A stretch of DNA of 64,000 nt, taken from NCBI GenBank assembly GCA_039794345.1, contig JBDIVQ010000004.1:126-64125 (forward strand), read 5' to 3'. Every line of letters begins with the position of its first letter. Position 1 is the first letter of the stretch. A program made the translations under genes and the position numbers. Shown here piece by piece: positions 27,839-37,426 of the stretch. The stretch is from Phycisphaerae bacterium (GTDB taxonomy: Bacteria; Planctomycetota; Phycisphaerae; Phycisphaerales; UBA5793). The notes under the pieces were generated by a model. That model saw only the letters and a program-made list of their open reading frames with translations, made no database searches and was not told where the DNA came from.

Positions 27839-29025
27839 ACGCCAGCTGGAGCCGGCCAGCCGCCGGTGCCGAAGAGGTCATACGCGAGTGCCGCACACTC
27901 GTCGAACTGCTGCCCTCGCAGGCCCTCGCCCGCGCGCGGCAGTCCCGGCCGGATCTGCGCGGCCTGGGCGTCTTTCCGGTCTATGCGCCGCAGGAGATCA
28001 TCCATGCGGCGGGGCTGATGCCCATCGGCCTCTTCGGCGCCGGCGCCAAACTGGAAACGACCCGCGCCGATTCGCGCTTCCAGTCCTTCATCTGCTCGAT
28101 CGCCCGGAGCACGCTCGAACTCTTTCTCAGCGGCGACCTGAGCCGGGAGAGCGGCTTCGAAGGGGCGGTGTTCAGTTCCATCTGCGACGTGGCGCGCAAC
28201 CTGTGCAGCGTCGCCGGACGCAACGCCCCGGGCGTGTACGTCGAGTACCTGCATCTCCCGCAGAACGCCGCCACGCCGGCGGCGCGCGAGTACACCCGGC
28301 GGGAGTTCGGACGGTTTCGCAGCAACCTTGCGCAGCACCTCGGCCGGGTCATCGACGAGGACGACATCCGGCGCAGTATCGTTCTCTACAACCGCGTTCG
28401 CGCCCTCATCGCCGACCTGTACGACCAGCGGCGCGAGCGCCCGGGTTCGATCCGGACGGCCGACCTTTTCGCCGTGGTCCTCGCGGCCACGTGCATGATG
28501 CCCGAGGACTTTGTTCCGAAGGCGGAGGATCTCCTGTGCAGTCTGCGCGAGGGGGCGCCGGTGGAGCGCGACTCGGTGAACGTGGTGCTCGAAGGCGCGT
28601 TCTGCGAGGCGCCGCCGATCGACCTCATCGACGCGATCGAATCGGCCGGCTGCCAGATCGTTGAGGACGACCTGGCGATCGGCTGGCGGATCTTCCGCGG
28701 CGAGGTGCCCGTGGAGGGCGATCCCGTCGCCGCTCTGGCGGACGCCTATCTCGCGAGCAGCGCCTACACGTCGGTGCGCCACGACAGCGCCCGGCCGCGA
28801 ACGCGGGGGCTTCTCGATCGCGTCGAGGCGTCGGGCGCCGACGCGGTGATCCTCGCCTCCGCGAAGTTCTGCGAGCCGGCGCTCTTCGACTACGTTCTCT
28901 TCCGCCGCGCGCTGGATGAGCGGGGCATTCCTCATCTCAAGATCGAGTTCGAGGAGAAGATGTGGACGTTCGAGCGGCTGCGCAACGAGATCGAGACGTT
29001 CACCGAATCGCTGCTGTTTGACTGA
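27835..29025 (+). CDS. Benzoyl-CoA reductase-type catalytic subunit, BzdN/BcrC/BadD-like
   Basis: ATG 27835 overlaps the upstream stop (ATGA). 396 aa with GVFPVYAPQEIIHAAGLMPIGLFG and FQSFICSIARSTLE. Confidence 0.8.
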   Translation: MNASWSRPAAGAEEVIRECRTLVELLPSQALARARQSRPDLRGLGVFPVYAPQEIIHAAGLMPIGLFGAGAKLETTRADSRFQSFICSIARSTLELFLSGDLSRESGFEGAVFSSICDVARNLCSVAGRNAPGVYVEYLHLPQNAATPAAREYTRREFGRFRSNLAQHLGRVIDEDDIRRSIVLYNRVRALIADLYDQRRERPGSIRTADLFAVVLAATCMMPEDFVPKAEDLLCSLREGAPVERDSVNVVLEGAFCEAPPIDLIDAIESAGCQIVEDDLAIGWRIFRGEVPVEGDPVAALADAYLASSAYTSVRHDSARPRTRGLLDRVEASGADAVILASAKFCEPALFDYVLFRRALDERGIPHLKIEFEEKMWTFERLRNEIETFTESLLFD

Positions 29026-29071
29026 ATCGTGAAGTCGTCCGGCCCTGCGCCGGCGCGCGAAGGAGCTCGAG

Positions 29072-30412
29072 ATGCCGACCGCCGCCCCCCAGCCTGCACC
29101 CGCCGCCAACGACTACGGGAGCGTCGTGCACGATCTCTCGCGCGAGGTGATGACGGAGTGGATGACGCAGTTGCAGGACGCCGCCCGCACGGGAGCGCCC
29201 TCGGCCTACATGATGGTCAGCGGCAACTGCGTCGAGATTCTCCGCTGCTTTGACATCCTCCCCGTCTTCCCCGAGATCAACGCGCTGCAACTGGCGATCC
29301 GCAAGAAGGCTCTGCCCTACATCCTCAAGGCTGAGGAGATCGGCTACGCGTCCGACAACTGCGCCTACGTCAAGGCCGACATCGGCTACACGCTTTCGGA
29401 AGGGGTGGGGGAGCACGGCTCGACGCCCAAACCATCGCTCATCGTCTGCAACTTCGTCGGGTGCAACGTCTACATCAAGTGGTTCGAGCACTGCGCCGAG
29501 ATGCTTGACGTGCCGCTGGTGATGATTGACGTTCCTTTCGTCCGCCAGGGCGAGGCGGTCTCGACGGGCGATCTGCACTACGTCATGGCTCAGTTGCGCG
29601 GCCTCATCACCGCGTGCGAGGAACTCACCGGCGTGAAGTTCGACATCGACCGCCTGCGCGAGATCGTCGGCCATTCCGCCCGGGCCGAAGCCGGCTGGAG
29701 CCGCGCCAAGGAACTGTGCAAGAGCCGCCCCGCGCCCTTCGACTGCTACTTCGACTCGATCAACATGATGGGCCCCATCAACGCCCTGCGGGGGACGAAG
29801 CAGGCCGCCGACTTCTTCGACGCCGCCGTCGCCCACTACGAGATGATGGCGTCCCGCGGGCTGGGCGCGACCGACGAGGAGCAGTTTCGCGTCGTCTTCG
29901 AGGGACCGCCGCCATATCCCTACTACCGCAACTTCCGCAACCTCTTCGCGGCGTGGAAGGCGGTCTGCGTGCAGAGCACCTACTCGACCGTCGGCGGCAC
30001 GTGGGAGTTCGGCTTCCGGCACGATCCCGACCGCCCTCTCGAGTCGATCGCAGAGCAGATGCTGCTGCACAACCTCTGCAACCGCACGATGCAGGAGCGC
30101 TACCGGCAGATCCGCCGCTACGTCGAGGAATGGGAGGCGGATGCGCTGGTGATCCACAGCGTCAAGTCCTGCCGGCTGTTTTCCGCCGGGCAGGGAGACA
30201 TGCGCGAGTACTTCACGAAGGAACTCGGCGTGCCGACGCTCATGGTCGAGTCCGACCTCGAGGATCCGCGCTACTACGCCGAGGCCCAGATGAAGAACCG
30301 CATCGACGCGTTCTTCGAGTCGCTCCAGTACAAGCGTCTTCGCGGTTCGGCCGCGGAGGCCGGGCCCGTTCTGAAGGAGGGAGTCAGCGATGCACTACGC
30401 CGCGGGCATTGA
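29072..30412 (+). CDS. Benzoyl-CoA reductase-type catalytic subunit, BzdO/BcrB/BadE-like
   Basis: 446 aa with AAGGAG 7 nt upstream of the [45 protein letters not shown] and [11 protein letters not shown]. Confidence 0.8.
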   Translation: MPTAAPQPAPAANDYGSVVHDLSREVMTEWMTQLQDAARTGAPSAYMMVSGNCVEILRCFDILPVFPEINALQLAIRKKALPYILKAEEIGYASDNCAYVKADIGYTLSEGVGEHGSTPKPSLIVCNFVGCNVYIKWFEHCAEMLDVPLVMIDVPFVRQGEAVSTGDLHYVMAQLRGLITACEELTGVKFDIDRLREIVGHSARAEAGWSRAKELCKSRPAPFDCYFDSINMMGPINALRGTKQAADFFDAAVAHYEMMASRGLGATDEEQFRVVFEGPPPYPYYRNFRNLFAAWKAVCVQSTYSTVGGTWEFGFRHDPDRPLESIAEQMLLHNLCNRTMQERYRQIRRYVEEWEADALVIHSVKSCRLFSAGQGDMREYFTKELGVPTLMVESDLEDPRYYAEAQMKNRIDAFFESLQYKRLRGSAAEAGPVLKEGVSDALRRGH

Positions 30413-31238
30413 CATCGGCAGCACGCAGACCAAGGCGGTCCTCATGGACGCGGCGCGCGCCATCGTGGCGCGGACCGTCATCCCGACGGGAGCGCACGTC
30501 GTCCGCGCCGGGCGGCGGGCCCTCGAGGCCATCGTCGCCGAAGCCTCGATACAGGCGGAAGACGTCCGCTGCGTCATCGGAACGGGCTACGGCCGTTACA
30601 AGGTCGAGGCCGGCGATGCGCAGGTCACGGAAATCTCCTGCCACGCGCGCGGCGCGCAGTTCATCTTCCCCGGCACCCGGACCGTGATCGACATGGGCGG
30701 ACAGGACACCAAGGCCATCAGGACCGGACCCGAGGGGAACGTCGTCGATTTCTGCATGAATGACAAGTGCGCCGCCGGCACGGGGCGCTTCCTCGCCGCC
30801 GCCGCCGATGTCGTCGGCCTGAGCCTGGAGGAGATCGGCGAAGTATCTCTCCGCGGCACGAAACCCATCCGCCTCACCAGCGTCTGCACCGTCTTCGTCG
30901 AGTCCGACATCATGAACTACCTGGCGCAGCGCAAGGCGGTCGAGGACATCCTCGCCGGAGTTCACCAGGCGATCGCCTCGCGCACCATCGGCCTCGTGCG
31001 GCGCGTCGGCGTCGAGGAGGAAGTGACGTTTACCGGCGGCGTCGCCCGCAACATCGGCATGGTCCGGGCGCTGGAGGACAAACTGGGAACGAAACTCAAC
31101 GTCGGCCCGGAGTCGCACTTCATGGGCGCGCTCGGCGCCGCTCTGTTCGCCGTCGATCGACTCCTCGCGGCCCAGCCGCAGGAGGTCGGGCGCATGGACG
31201 CCACTCCGGTGTGGTCCGACGGACTCGAAGGACGCTGA
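30390..31238 (+). CDS. Benzoyl-CoA reductase-type ATPase subunit (BzdP/BcrD/BadG-like)
   Basis: 282 aa with [35 protein letters not shown] and [11 protein letters not shown]. Overlaps the upstream gene by 23 nt. Confidence 0.85.
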   Translation: MHYAAGIDIGSTQTKAVLMDAARAIVARTVIPTGAHVVRAGRRALEAIVAEASIQAEDVRCVIGTGYGRYKVEAGDAQVTEISCHARGAQFIFPGTRTVIDMGGQDTKAIRTGPEGNVVDFCMNDKCAAGTGRFLAAAADVVGLSLEEIGEVSLRGTKPIRLTSVCTVFVESDIMNYLAQRKAVEDILAGVHQAIASRTIGLVRRVGVEEEVTFTGGVARNIGMVRALEDKLGTKLNVGPESHFMGALGAALFAVDRLLAAQPQEVGRMDATPVWSDGLEGR

Positions 31239-31279
31239 CGCCCCGCGAATCTCGCGGACGCTCGGAAAGGAACCCTGGA

Positions 31280-32134
31280 ATGACCTGCATCGCCGGAATC
31301 GACATCGGGGGAGGATCGACCAAGGTCGTTCTCATTGACGCCCAGCGCCGCATCCTCGGCCGCGGACTGGCGCGGAGCAACGCTGACTTTGAGGGCGTCG
31401 CGGGCCGGGCGCTGGCGCAGGCGTGCGAGCAGGCCGGAATCGACGCCGAGCAGGTCGAGTACGTCGCCGCCACCGGCCTGGGCCGGTACAGCCTGGAGAG
31501 TCGCAACATCCAGATCACCGATCTCACCTGCGGTGCGCGCGGCGCGGCCGCGCTCGTGCCTCACGCCCAGTACGTGCTCGACATGGGCTCGCAGTGCACC
31601 CGCGCCATTTCCCTGCGCCCCGGCGGCAAGGTCAAGGCCTTCCGCACCAACGAGAAGTGCGCCGCCGGCTCGGGTGGGTTCCTCGAACGCATTGCGCGCT
31701 ATCTCGAGATATCCCTCGAGGACGTCGGCCGCCTCTCCCTCGAGGCGGACGACCCGCAGCCCATCAGCAGCGTCTGCGCCGTTCTCGCCGAGTCGGAGAT
31801 TATCAACCACGTTTCGGAAGGTCGCAGCATCCCCAACATCCTTCGCGGTGCCCATGAATCGCTCGCGGGGCGAACGGTCTCGCAACTCAAGATGGTCGGG
31901 TACGGTGCAGACGGCGCCGGCGCGGAAGAGGTCGTCGTCTTCATCGGCGGCGTGGCGCTTCAGCGCGGCATGGTGGCCGCGTGCGAGCAGCGTCTCGGCC
32001 AGGCGCTCGTCGTGCCCGAGCATCCCGCTCATGTGGCGGCGTACGGGGCGGCCCTGCTCGGCCTGCAACGCCATCTCAAACGCCGCGAAACCACCCACGC
32101 CGGCGCCGATCAGCCCGCGGGAAGGCAGTCCTGA
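31280..32134 (+). CDS. Benzoyl-CoA reductase-type ATPase subunit (BzdQ/BcrA/BadF-like)
   Basis: ATG 31280. 284 aa with GIDIGGGSTKVVL, DMGSQCTRAI, NEKCAAGSGGFLE and SSVCAVLAESE. Confidence 0.85.
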   Translation: MTCIAGIDIGGGSTKVVLIDAQRRILGRGLARSNADFEGVAGRALAQACEQAGIDAEQVEYVAATGLGRYSLESRNIQITDLTCGARGAAALVPHAQYVLDMGSQCTRAISLRPGGKVKAFRTNEKCAAGSGGFLERIARYLEISLEDVGRLSLEADDPQPISSVCAVLAESEIINHVSEGRSIPNILRGAHESLAGRTVSQLKMVGYGADGAGAEEVVVFIGGVALQRGMVAACEQRLGQALVVPEHPAHVAAYGAALLGLQRHLKRRETTHAGADQPAGRQS

Positions 32135-32138
32135 GCCG

Positions 32139-32723
32139 ATGAACCATCCAACGCACGCCCTTCGCGCCGAACATCAGGTCATTCTCAAGGTGCTCGACTG
32201 CTTCGAGATCGCGCTGCGCCGCAGCGCCGCCGCCCACGCGCTGGCTGAGGCGGAGTACCTCCCCTTCATCAAGTTCTTCCGCGAGTTCGCCGACCGATGC
32301 CATCACTGCAAGGAGGAGGATCGCCTCTTTCCGTGTCTGGAGCGCTGCGGCCTGCCGCGCGAGCACGGTCCGATCGCGGTCATGCTCCACGAACACGAAC
32401 TCGGCCGCGCCCATGTTCGCGCCATCGCGGAGTCGCTTTCCGCCGCCGCCGCCGGCGATGCGGCCGCACTCCAGCGCGTTCTGCGCGAAGGTCTTGAGTT
32501 CATTCACCTCCTCCGCAACCACATCTACAAAGAGAACGAAGTGCTCTTCCAGATGGCCGATCAGATGATCGGCGACGCCGAACGGGCCGGCCTGACCGAC
32601 GCGTACGAAGCGGCCGACGGGCAGCGGGAGATCCGCCTCGCGCTTGGGCAGGGAAGATCGATCGCCGCCGATCTCTGCGCGCGTTACGGCATCGCCCCTC
32701 CTGCGGAGCAACCGAAGACGTGA
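32139..32723 (+). CDS. Hemerythrin-like (HHE cation-binding) di-iron protein
   Basis: ATG 32139, 4 nt after the upstream stop. 194 aa. His/Glu ligand pattern: LRAEHQVI, CHHCKEEDRLF, MLHEHELGR and LRNHIYKENEVLF. Confidence 0.75.
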   Translation: MNHPTHALRAEHQVILKVLDCFEIALRRSAAAHALAEAEYLPFIKFFREFADRCHHCKEEDRLFPCLERCGLPREHGPIAVMLHEHELGRAHVRAIAESLSAAAAGDAAALQRVLREGLEFIHLLRNHIYKENEVLFQMADQMIGDAERAGLTDAYEAADGQREIRLALGQGRSIAADLCARYGIAPPAEQPKT

Positions 32724-34309
32724 GCGGGCCGAACGCCGAACTTCTGCGCCGCATCGCGGCTCTGCTCCGGGATGGAACAGCCGCGGCGCTGTGCCTCGTC
32801 GTGGATGAGCGCGGATCGACTCCGCAAGGCGCCGGCGCGGTGATGTTCGTCGATGATCTCGGCCGCATTCACGGCACCATCGGCGGCGGCTGCGTCGAAG
32901 CGGAAGTCCGGCGACTGGCGATGCCCCTGATCGCCCCGCGCCGGTCTGCGATCTTCCGCTTTCGACTCGACGGCGACTACGGCTGGGACGACGGGCTGAT
33001 CTGCGGCGGTGCGATCGAAGTCGCCATCGCCCCGGCCCCTCCTGCCGAGGCGCTCGAGCGGCTTGCCGACGAGGTCGAGCGGAGTCAACCGGCGCTGCTT
33101 GAAATCGAGGTGGGCAGCGACGCTCGGCGCGAGCACATCGTGCTCCACCTCCCCCCGCGACTGCGACTGCTGATCGCCGGCGCGGGCCACATCGGCCGGG
33201 CGGTGGCGCGACTGGCCGCCGCGCTGGACTTTGACGTGACGGTCTTCGACGATCGGCCTGATCTTCTCGGCGCTCTCGCGCCGTCGGTGGGTGTTGCGTG
33301 CGGCCCGATCGCCCTTCGCCTCGCCGACACGCCGATGTCCCGGCACACCTTCTGCGTCATCGTGACGCGCGGCCATCGCCACGACGCCCAGGCGCTCGCC
33401 GCCGTCCTCGACCGCCGCACGACAGGCGAACTGCCCGGCTACGTCGGGATGATCGGCAGCCGCCGCAAGGTCGCGCTCACGTTTGAGGAACTCGAGGAGC
33501 GCGGCATTCCGCGGGACCGGCTCGATCTCGTTCGCGCGCCCATCGGCCTGCCCATCGGCGCCGAGACGGTCGAAGAGATCGCGGTGTCCATTGCGGCGCA
33601 ACTCGTCGAGGCGCGCGCGGCGCTGCGCGGCGGACGCAGGTCGCACGGCCGCAAACTCATCGAGCGCCGCCTCCTCCCGCCGCACGCCGGGCACGACGCC
33701 CGACCGATCGGCGTCCTCCTTGCCGCCGGCCGGAGTCGGCGCATGGGATGCACGAAGCAGACGCTGCCCCTGCCCGGGGACTCAGAAGGCCGCGCACTCG
33801 TCGCCGCCGCCTGCGATGCCGTCGCCTCCGCCTGCCGCGAGATGATCGTCGTCGTTTCCCACGACGCCGACGCCGTGGCCGGCTCCCTCGGCGAGCGGCG
33901 CTGTCGCACAGTCAGGGTGGGCGAGGGGGAGGACATGAGCCAATCCGTCTTCGCCGGTCTGCGCGAGGCGCACCGCATCGATCCCGCAGCCCCCGTGCTG
34001 CTTCACCTTGCCGATCATCCGCGCGTCAGCCCCGCATCGCTCGAATCGATCTGCCGGGCCGGCGCGGACCATCCGCATTGCGCCATCATTCCCGTCTTTC
34101 AGGGTCGCGGCGGTCATCCGGTTCTCATTCCCCCGGTGCTGATCCCCGCCATACTTGATGGCGAGGCCGCGCGGCGACCCGGCGGATTGCGCGAGTTCTG
34201 GGCGGCTCACCCCGATTGCTGCCTGCGGCTTCCCGTGGAGGACGCCTCGATTCTCGTCGATGTTGACTGCCCCGGCGACTACCGGGGCCTGTTGCAAGGA
34301 GTGACGTGA
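32720..34309 (+). CDS. XdhC/CoxI-family molybdenum-cofactor insertion chaperone fused to a MocA/MobA-like nucleotidyltransferase
   Basis: GTG 32720 overlaps the hemerythrin stop (GTGA). XdhC N-domain: VVDERGSTPQGAGAVMFV and GTIGGGCVE. Rossmann: LLIAGAGHIGRAV. C-terminal IGVLLAAGRSRRMGCTKQTLPL is typical of Moco cytidylyl/guanylyltransferases. Confidence 0.8.
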   Translation: MSGPNAELLRRIAALLRDGTAAALCLVVDERGSTPQGAGAVMFVDDLGRIHGTIGGGCVEAEVRRLAMPLIAPRRSAIFRFRLDGDYGWDDGLICGGAIEVAIAPAPPAEALERLADEVERSQPALLEIEVGSDARREHIVLHLPPRLRLLIAGAGHIGRAVARLAAALDFDVTVFDDRPDLLGALAPSVGVACGPIALRLADTPMSRHTFCVIVTRGHRHDAQALAAVLDRRTTGELPGYVGMIGSRRKVALTFEELEERGIPRDRLDLVRAPIGLPIGAETVEEIAVSIAAQLVEARAALRGGRRSHGRKLIERRLLPPHAGHDARPIGVLLAAGRSRRMGCTKQTLPLPGDSEGRALVAAACDAVASACREMIVVVSHDADAVAGSLGERRCRTVRVGEGEDMSQSVFAGLREAHRIDPAAPVLLHLADHPRVSPASLESICRAGADHPHCAIIPVFQGRGGHPVLIPPVLIPAILDGEAARRPGGLREFWAAHPDCCLRLPVEDASILVDVDCPGDYRGLLQGVT

Positions 34310-34785
34310 TGTCCGCTTCCGACGCCCATGCCGTGGAGGCTCGTTCCTTCAGCGGCGAGGAGACATTCGCCGCCTCCGCCGAGCGTACCTTTGCCGCGCT
34401 GACGAACCCCGATGTCCTGGCGCGCTGCATACCCGATCTTGTTGCGGCCGAGCGCGTGGACGATCGCACGCTTCGCTGCAGCGTAAAGCCGGGATTCTCG
34501 TTCATCCGGGCCACGCTGAAGATGACGATCACCTTCAGCGAAGTGGATGAGTCGCGGCGCTTCGCCGCCCTTGACATCGCCAGCAAGGGCATCGGGGCTT
34601 CCATGACGGTGCGCTGCGCGATGACGGTGGAGGAGCACGGCGGCGGGAGTCGTGTGAAGTGGGAGGCGAGCATCCTGCAACTCGGCGGCCTCATCGCCGC
34701 CGTCGGCCCCGCCCTCATTCGCGGGGCGGCGGACAAGGTCATCCGCGAGGGCTGGGCCGCCCTGCGCCGCGAGGTCGAGTCCTGA
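34306..34785 (+). CDS. CoxG-like SRPBCC protein (carbon monoxide dehydrogenase subunit G family)
   Basis: 159 aa; start overlaps the upstream stop. FAASAERTFAALTNPDVLARCIPDL and GGLIAAVGPALIRGAADKVIREGW match the CoxG fold pattern as I recall it. Confidence 0.7.
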   Translation: MMSASDAHAVEARSFSGEETFAASAERTFAALTNPDVLARCIPDLVAAERVDDRTLRCSVKPGFSFIRATLKMTITFSEVDESRRFAALDIASKGIGASMTVRCAMTVEEHGGGSRVKWEASILQLGGLIAAVGPALIRGAADKVIREGWAALRREVES

Positions 34786-34821
34786 TTCGGCGGACTGGCC
34801 CCGCGACCAGCCGCGCCGCGC

Positions 34822-36066
34822 TCAACTGAACGCCTCGAAGTCCTTGCCAAGGAGGCGCGCCGCGATCTTGAGTTTCATGATCTCATCGGTGCCTTCGTAG
34901 ATGCGGCAGACGCGCACGTCCTGGAGGTGGCGCATCGGGCGGTACAGTTCAGACCAGCCCCGCCCGCCGAAGACCTGCACCGCGCGGTCCGCCGCCTCCC
35001 ACGCCGCGTTGGAGGCGTGGAACTTCGCCTGCGCGACCCGGAAATCCGCTTCGGCGAGCAGATCCCGGTCGTGCGGCCGGCGATCGGAGGCGTCTTTGGC
35101 CAGCGCAGCGCGCTCGATCATCGCATCGCTCGTCGCGCGCATCATCTCGATCATCGCGATGTGCTCCTGGACGAGTTGGTGTCGGCCGATCTCCTTGCCG
35201 TGCTGCCGTCGCTTGCGCGAGTAGGTCAGAACCTCTTCGAGGCAGTCTTCGATGGCCCCGAGGCAGCCAGCCGCGACGGAGAGGCGCCCCGAGATGAGCG
35301 TGTGCATCGCGATACGGAATCCATCCCCCTCCGGGCCGAGCAGGTTCGTCAGCGGCACGGGATGATCCGTCATTTCGAACATCGCCGTGTCCGAGGTGTA
35401 CATCCCGGGCTTGGCGTGCAGGGCTTCGCTTTCAAAGGTCTCGCCGGCCGTGTCCACGATAAAGGCGCTCATGCGCCGCTCGCGCCCCGTCGCGCCCTCG
35501 GGAAACGCGAAGACGATGACGGCGTCGGCGATCGAGCCGTTCGAAATGAGGTACTTCACGCCGTTGAGAAGGAAGACATCCCCCTCGCGGCGGTAGGTGC
35601 AGGTGCCTTCGAGCGGGTTCGAGCCCGCTTCCGGCTCGGTGAGTCCGAAGGCGAGGAGGCACCGCCCCGCGCACGACTCCGTGAGGTAATGCTCCTTCTG
35701 CGCGTCGCTGCCGTAGCGCATGATGGGGTACTGCCCGATGGACGTCTGCCCTGAGAAGAAGGTCCGCACGCCGTTGCCTTCGCGGTTGATCCGCGCCAGG
35801 GCGCGGACGTAGGTGAGGGCGTCGGCGCCGCGCCCGCCGTAGCGCTTGGGCACGGGCATGCCCATGAGGTTGTACCGGCGTGCGAGTTCGACGATCGCCT
35901 CGTTGCGTCGATGTTCGAGGTAGCAGATCTCCTCGATGGGCCGCAGTTCGCGGCAGTACGCTTCAACGTCGGCGAGCAGGGCCGCGCGCTCGGCATCGGT
36001 CATTTCGGAATCGATCGAGGCAGTGGGACGTTGCGCCGCGGCGATCTTAGTGGACATGATGGTCAT
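34822..36066 (-). CDS. Acyl-CoA dehydrogenase
   Basis: Start set to ATG 36066 (MTIMSTK) with GGGAGG 7 nt upstream; the ORF-track N-extension is rejected. 414 aa with AFGLTEPEAGSNP and RIYEGTDEI (catalytic Glu context). Confidence 0.9.
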   Translation of the reverse strand: MTIMSTKIAAAQRPTASIDSEMTDAERAALLADVEAYCRELRPIEEICYLEHRRNEAIVELARRYNLMGMPVPKRYGGRGADALTYVRALARINREGNGVRTFFSGQTSIGQYPIMRYGSDAQKEHYLTESCAGRCLLAFGLTEPEAGSNPLEGTCTYRREGDVFLLNGVKYLISNGSIADAVIVFAFPEGATGRERRMSAFIVDTAGETFESEALHAKPGMYTSDTAMFEMTDHPVPLTNLLGPEGDGFRIAMHTLISGRLSVAAGCLGAIEDCLEEVLTYSRKRRQHGKEIGRHQLVQEHIAMIEMMRATSDAMIERAALAKDASDRRPHDRDLLAEADFRVAQAKFHASNAAWEAADRAVQVFGGRGWSELYRPMRHLQDVRVCRIYEGTDEIMKLKIAARLLGKDFEAFS

Positions 36067-36199
36067 TATAGCACCTCCCTGTCCAGCCGCGCCACCCTGC
36101 ATCCGCCCCGACTCGCGTGTTCCCGCGCCCGACGAGCGCGTCCAACGCGGCGCCGGTTCCTGCAGCCGCCGGTGCCGCCCTTCCGATGAAGGATGGGTC

Positions 36200-37426
36200 A
36201 TGCTGCGGCCGGGACAGACGATCATCATCTGCGTCATCGCCCTGCTCACGCTGGGGATTGTCATGGTGACCAGCGCCGGGCTGACGATCGATGCCCGGCA
36301 TGCCGTGTCCCTCAAGGGAATGCTCACGGGGCGATCGGTGCTCTATGCGCTGTGCGCGGTGGGGATGATGTTCGCCGTCTCCTGCGTGCGCATCGAGTGG
36401 CTTCGCGGGCCGGAGGAAGGACCCGTTGCGCGGCGAGTGCTGGTGACGCCGGCCACGTGGCTGGCGGTGCTTTCCGTCGTGTGCCTGGGCCTCGTCTACG
36501 TGGACGGATTCGGCAAGGAGGTGAACTACGCCCGCCGCTGGGTGCGCCTCGGGCCGGACTCGCTCAATCTCTCCTTCCAGCCGAGCGAAGTCGCCAAGTG
36601 GGCGATGGTCTTCATTATCGCGACGTATGTCGTTCATCTCGGCCCGGAGCGGATGAAGCGATTCGCGACGGGGCTGGTGCCGGCGCTGGCGATCACGATG
36701 CTGGTGTGCGGGCTGATCGTGCTGGAGGATCTCGGCACGGCGGTCCTCATCGGGGCGGTGGCGCTGTTTCTGCTCTGCGCCGGGGGGGCGAGGTGGTGGC
36801 ACATCGGCATCCTCTTTCCCCTGCCCGCAGCGGGAGTCGTCCTGGCGGTGCTGACGAGCGAGTATCGCCGGGACCGAATCCTCGCCTTTCTCGACCCCTA
36901 TGCCGACCCCCAGGGGACAGGCTATCACATGATCCAGTCGATGGTCGCGGTCGCCGAGGGAAAGGTGACGGGGCGCGGCCTGGGGCACGGCGTGTACAAG
37001 TTCGGCTATCTGCCGGAGGACACCACGGACTTTCTCTTCGCCGTCATCTGCGAGGAACTGGGTCTCTTCGGCGCTGCTCTGGTCGTGTTTCTCTACATCA
37101 TGCTCCTGCTCGCGGGCGCCCGGGTCATTCGGCGTCAAACTGAGCCGCTGGCGCGGTTCGTGGCGCTGGGCGTGATGGCGACCATCGGCATGCAGGCGGT
37201 GATGAACCTGATGGTCGTAACAGGCCTGGCCCCGACCAAGGGCATCGCCCTGCCGCTGCTGAGCAGCGGCGGAACCGGGTGGATTCTGACGGCTTCGTGC
37301 CTCGGCCTGCTGGTGGGGATGGACCGCCGCACTGCCGCCGCGGAAGAGGCGAAGCGCCGAGCGGAGGACGGGGTCGATGGAGTCGTCATCTCCATCCCCG
37401 CTCCCGCCTCACTTGCCGCCCCCTGA
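36200..37426 (+). CDS. SEDS-family peptidoglycan glycosyltransferase (FtsW/RodA/SpoVE)
   Basis: ATG 36200. 408 aa, about 10 TM helices. FQPSEVAKWAMVFI, LEDLGTAVLI, PEDTTDFLFAVICEELG and LPLLSSGGT. Confidence 0.85.
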   Translation: MLRPGQTIIICVIALLTLGIVMVTSAGLTIDARHAVSLKGMLTGRSVLYALCAVGMMFAVSCVRIEWLRGPEEGPVARRVLVTPATWLAVLSVVCLGLVYVDGFGKEVNYARRWVRLGPDSLNLSFQPSEVAKWAMVFIIATYVVHLGPERMKRFATGLVPALAITMLVCGLIVLEDLGTAVLIGAVALFLLCAGGARWWHIGILFPLPAAGVVLAVLTSEYRRDRILAFLDPYADPQGTGYHMIQSMVAVAEGKVTGRGLGHGVYKFGYLPEDTTDFLFAVICEELGLFGAALVVFLYIMLLLAGARVIRRQTEPLARFVALGVMATIGMQAVMNLMVVTGLAPTKGIALPLLSSGGTGWILTASCLGLLVGMDRRTAAAEEAKRRAEDGVDGVVISIPAPASLAAP

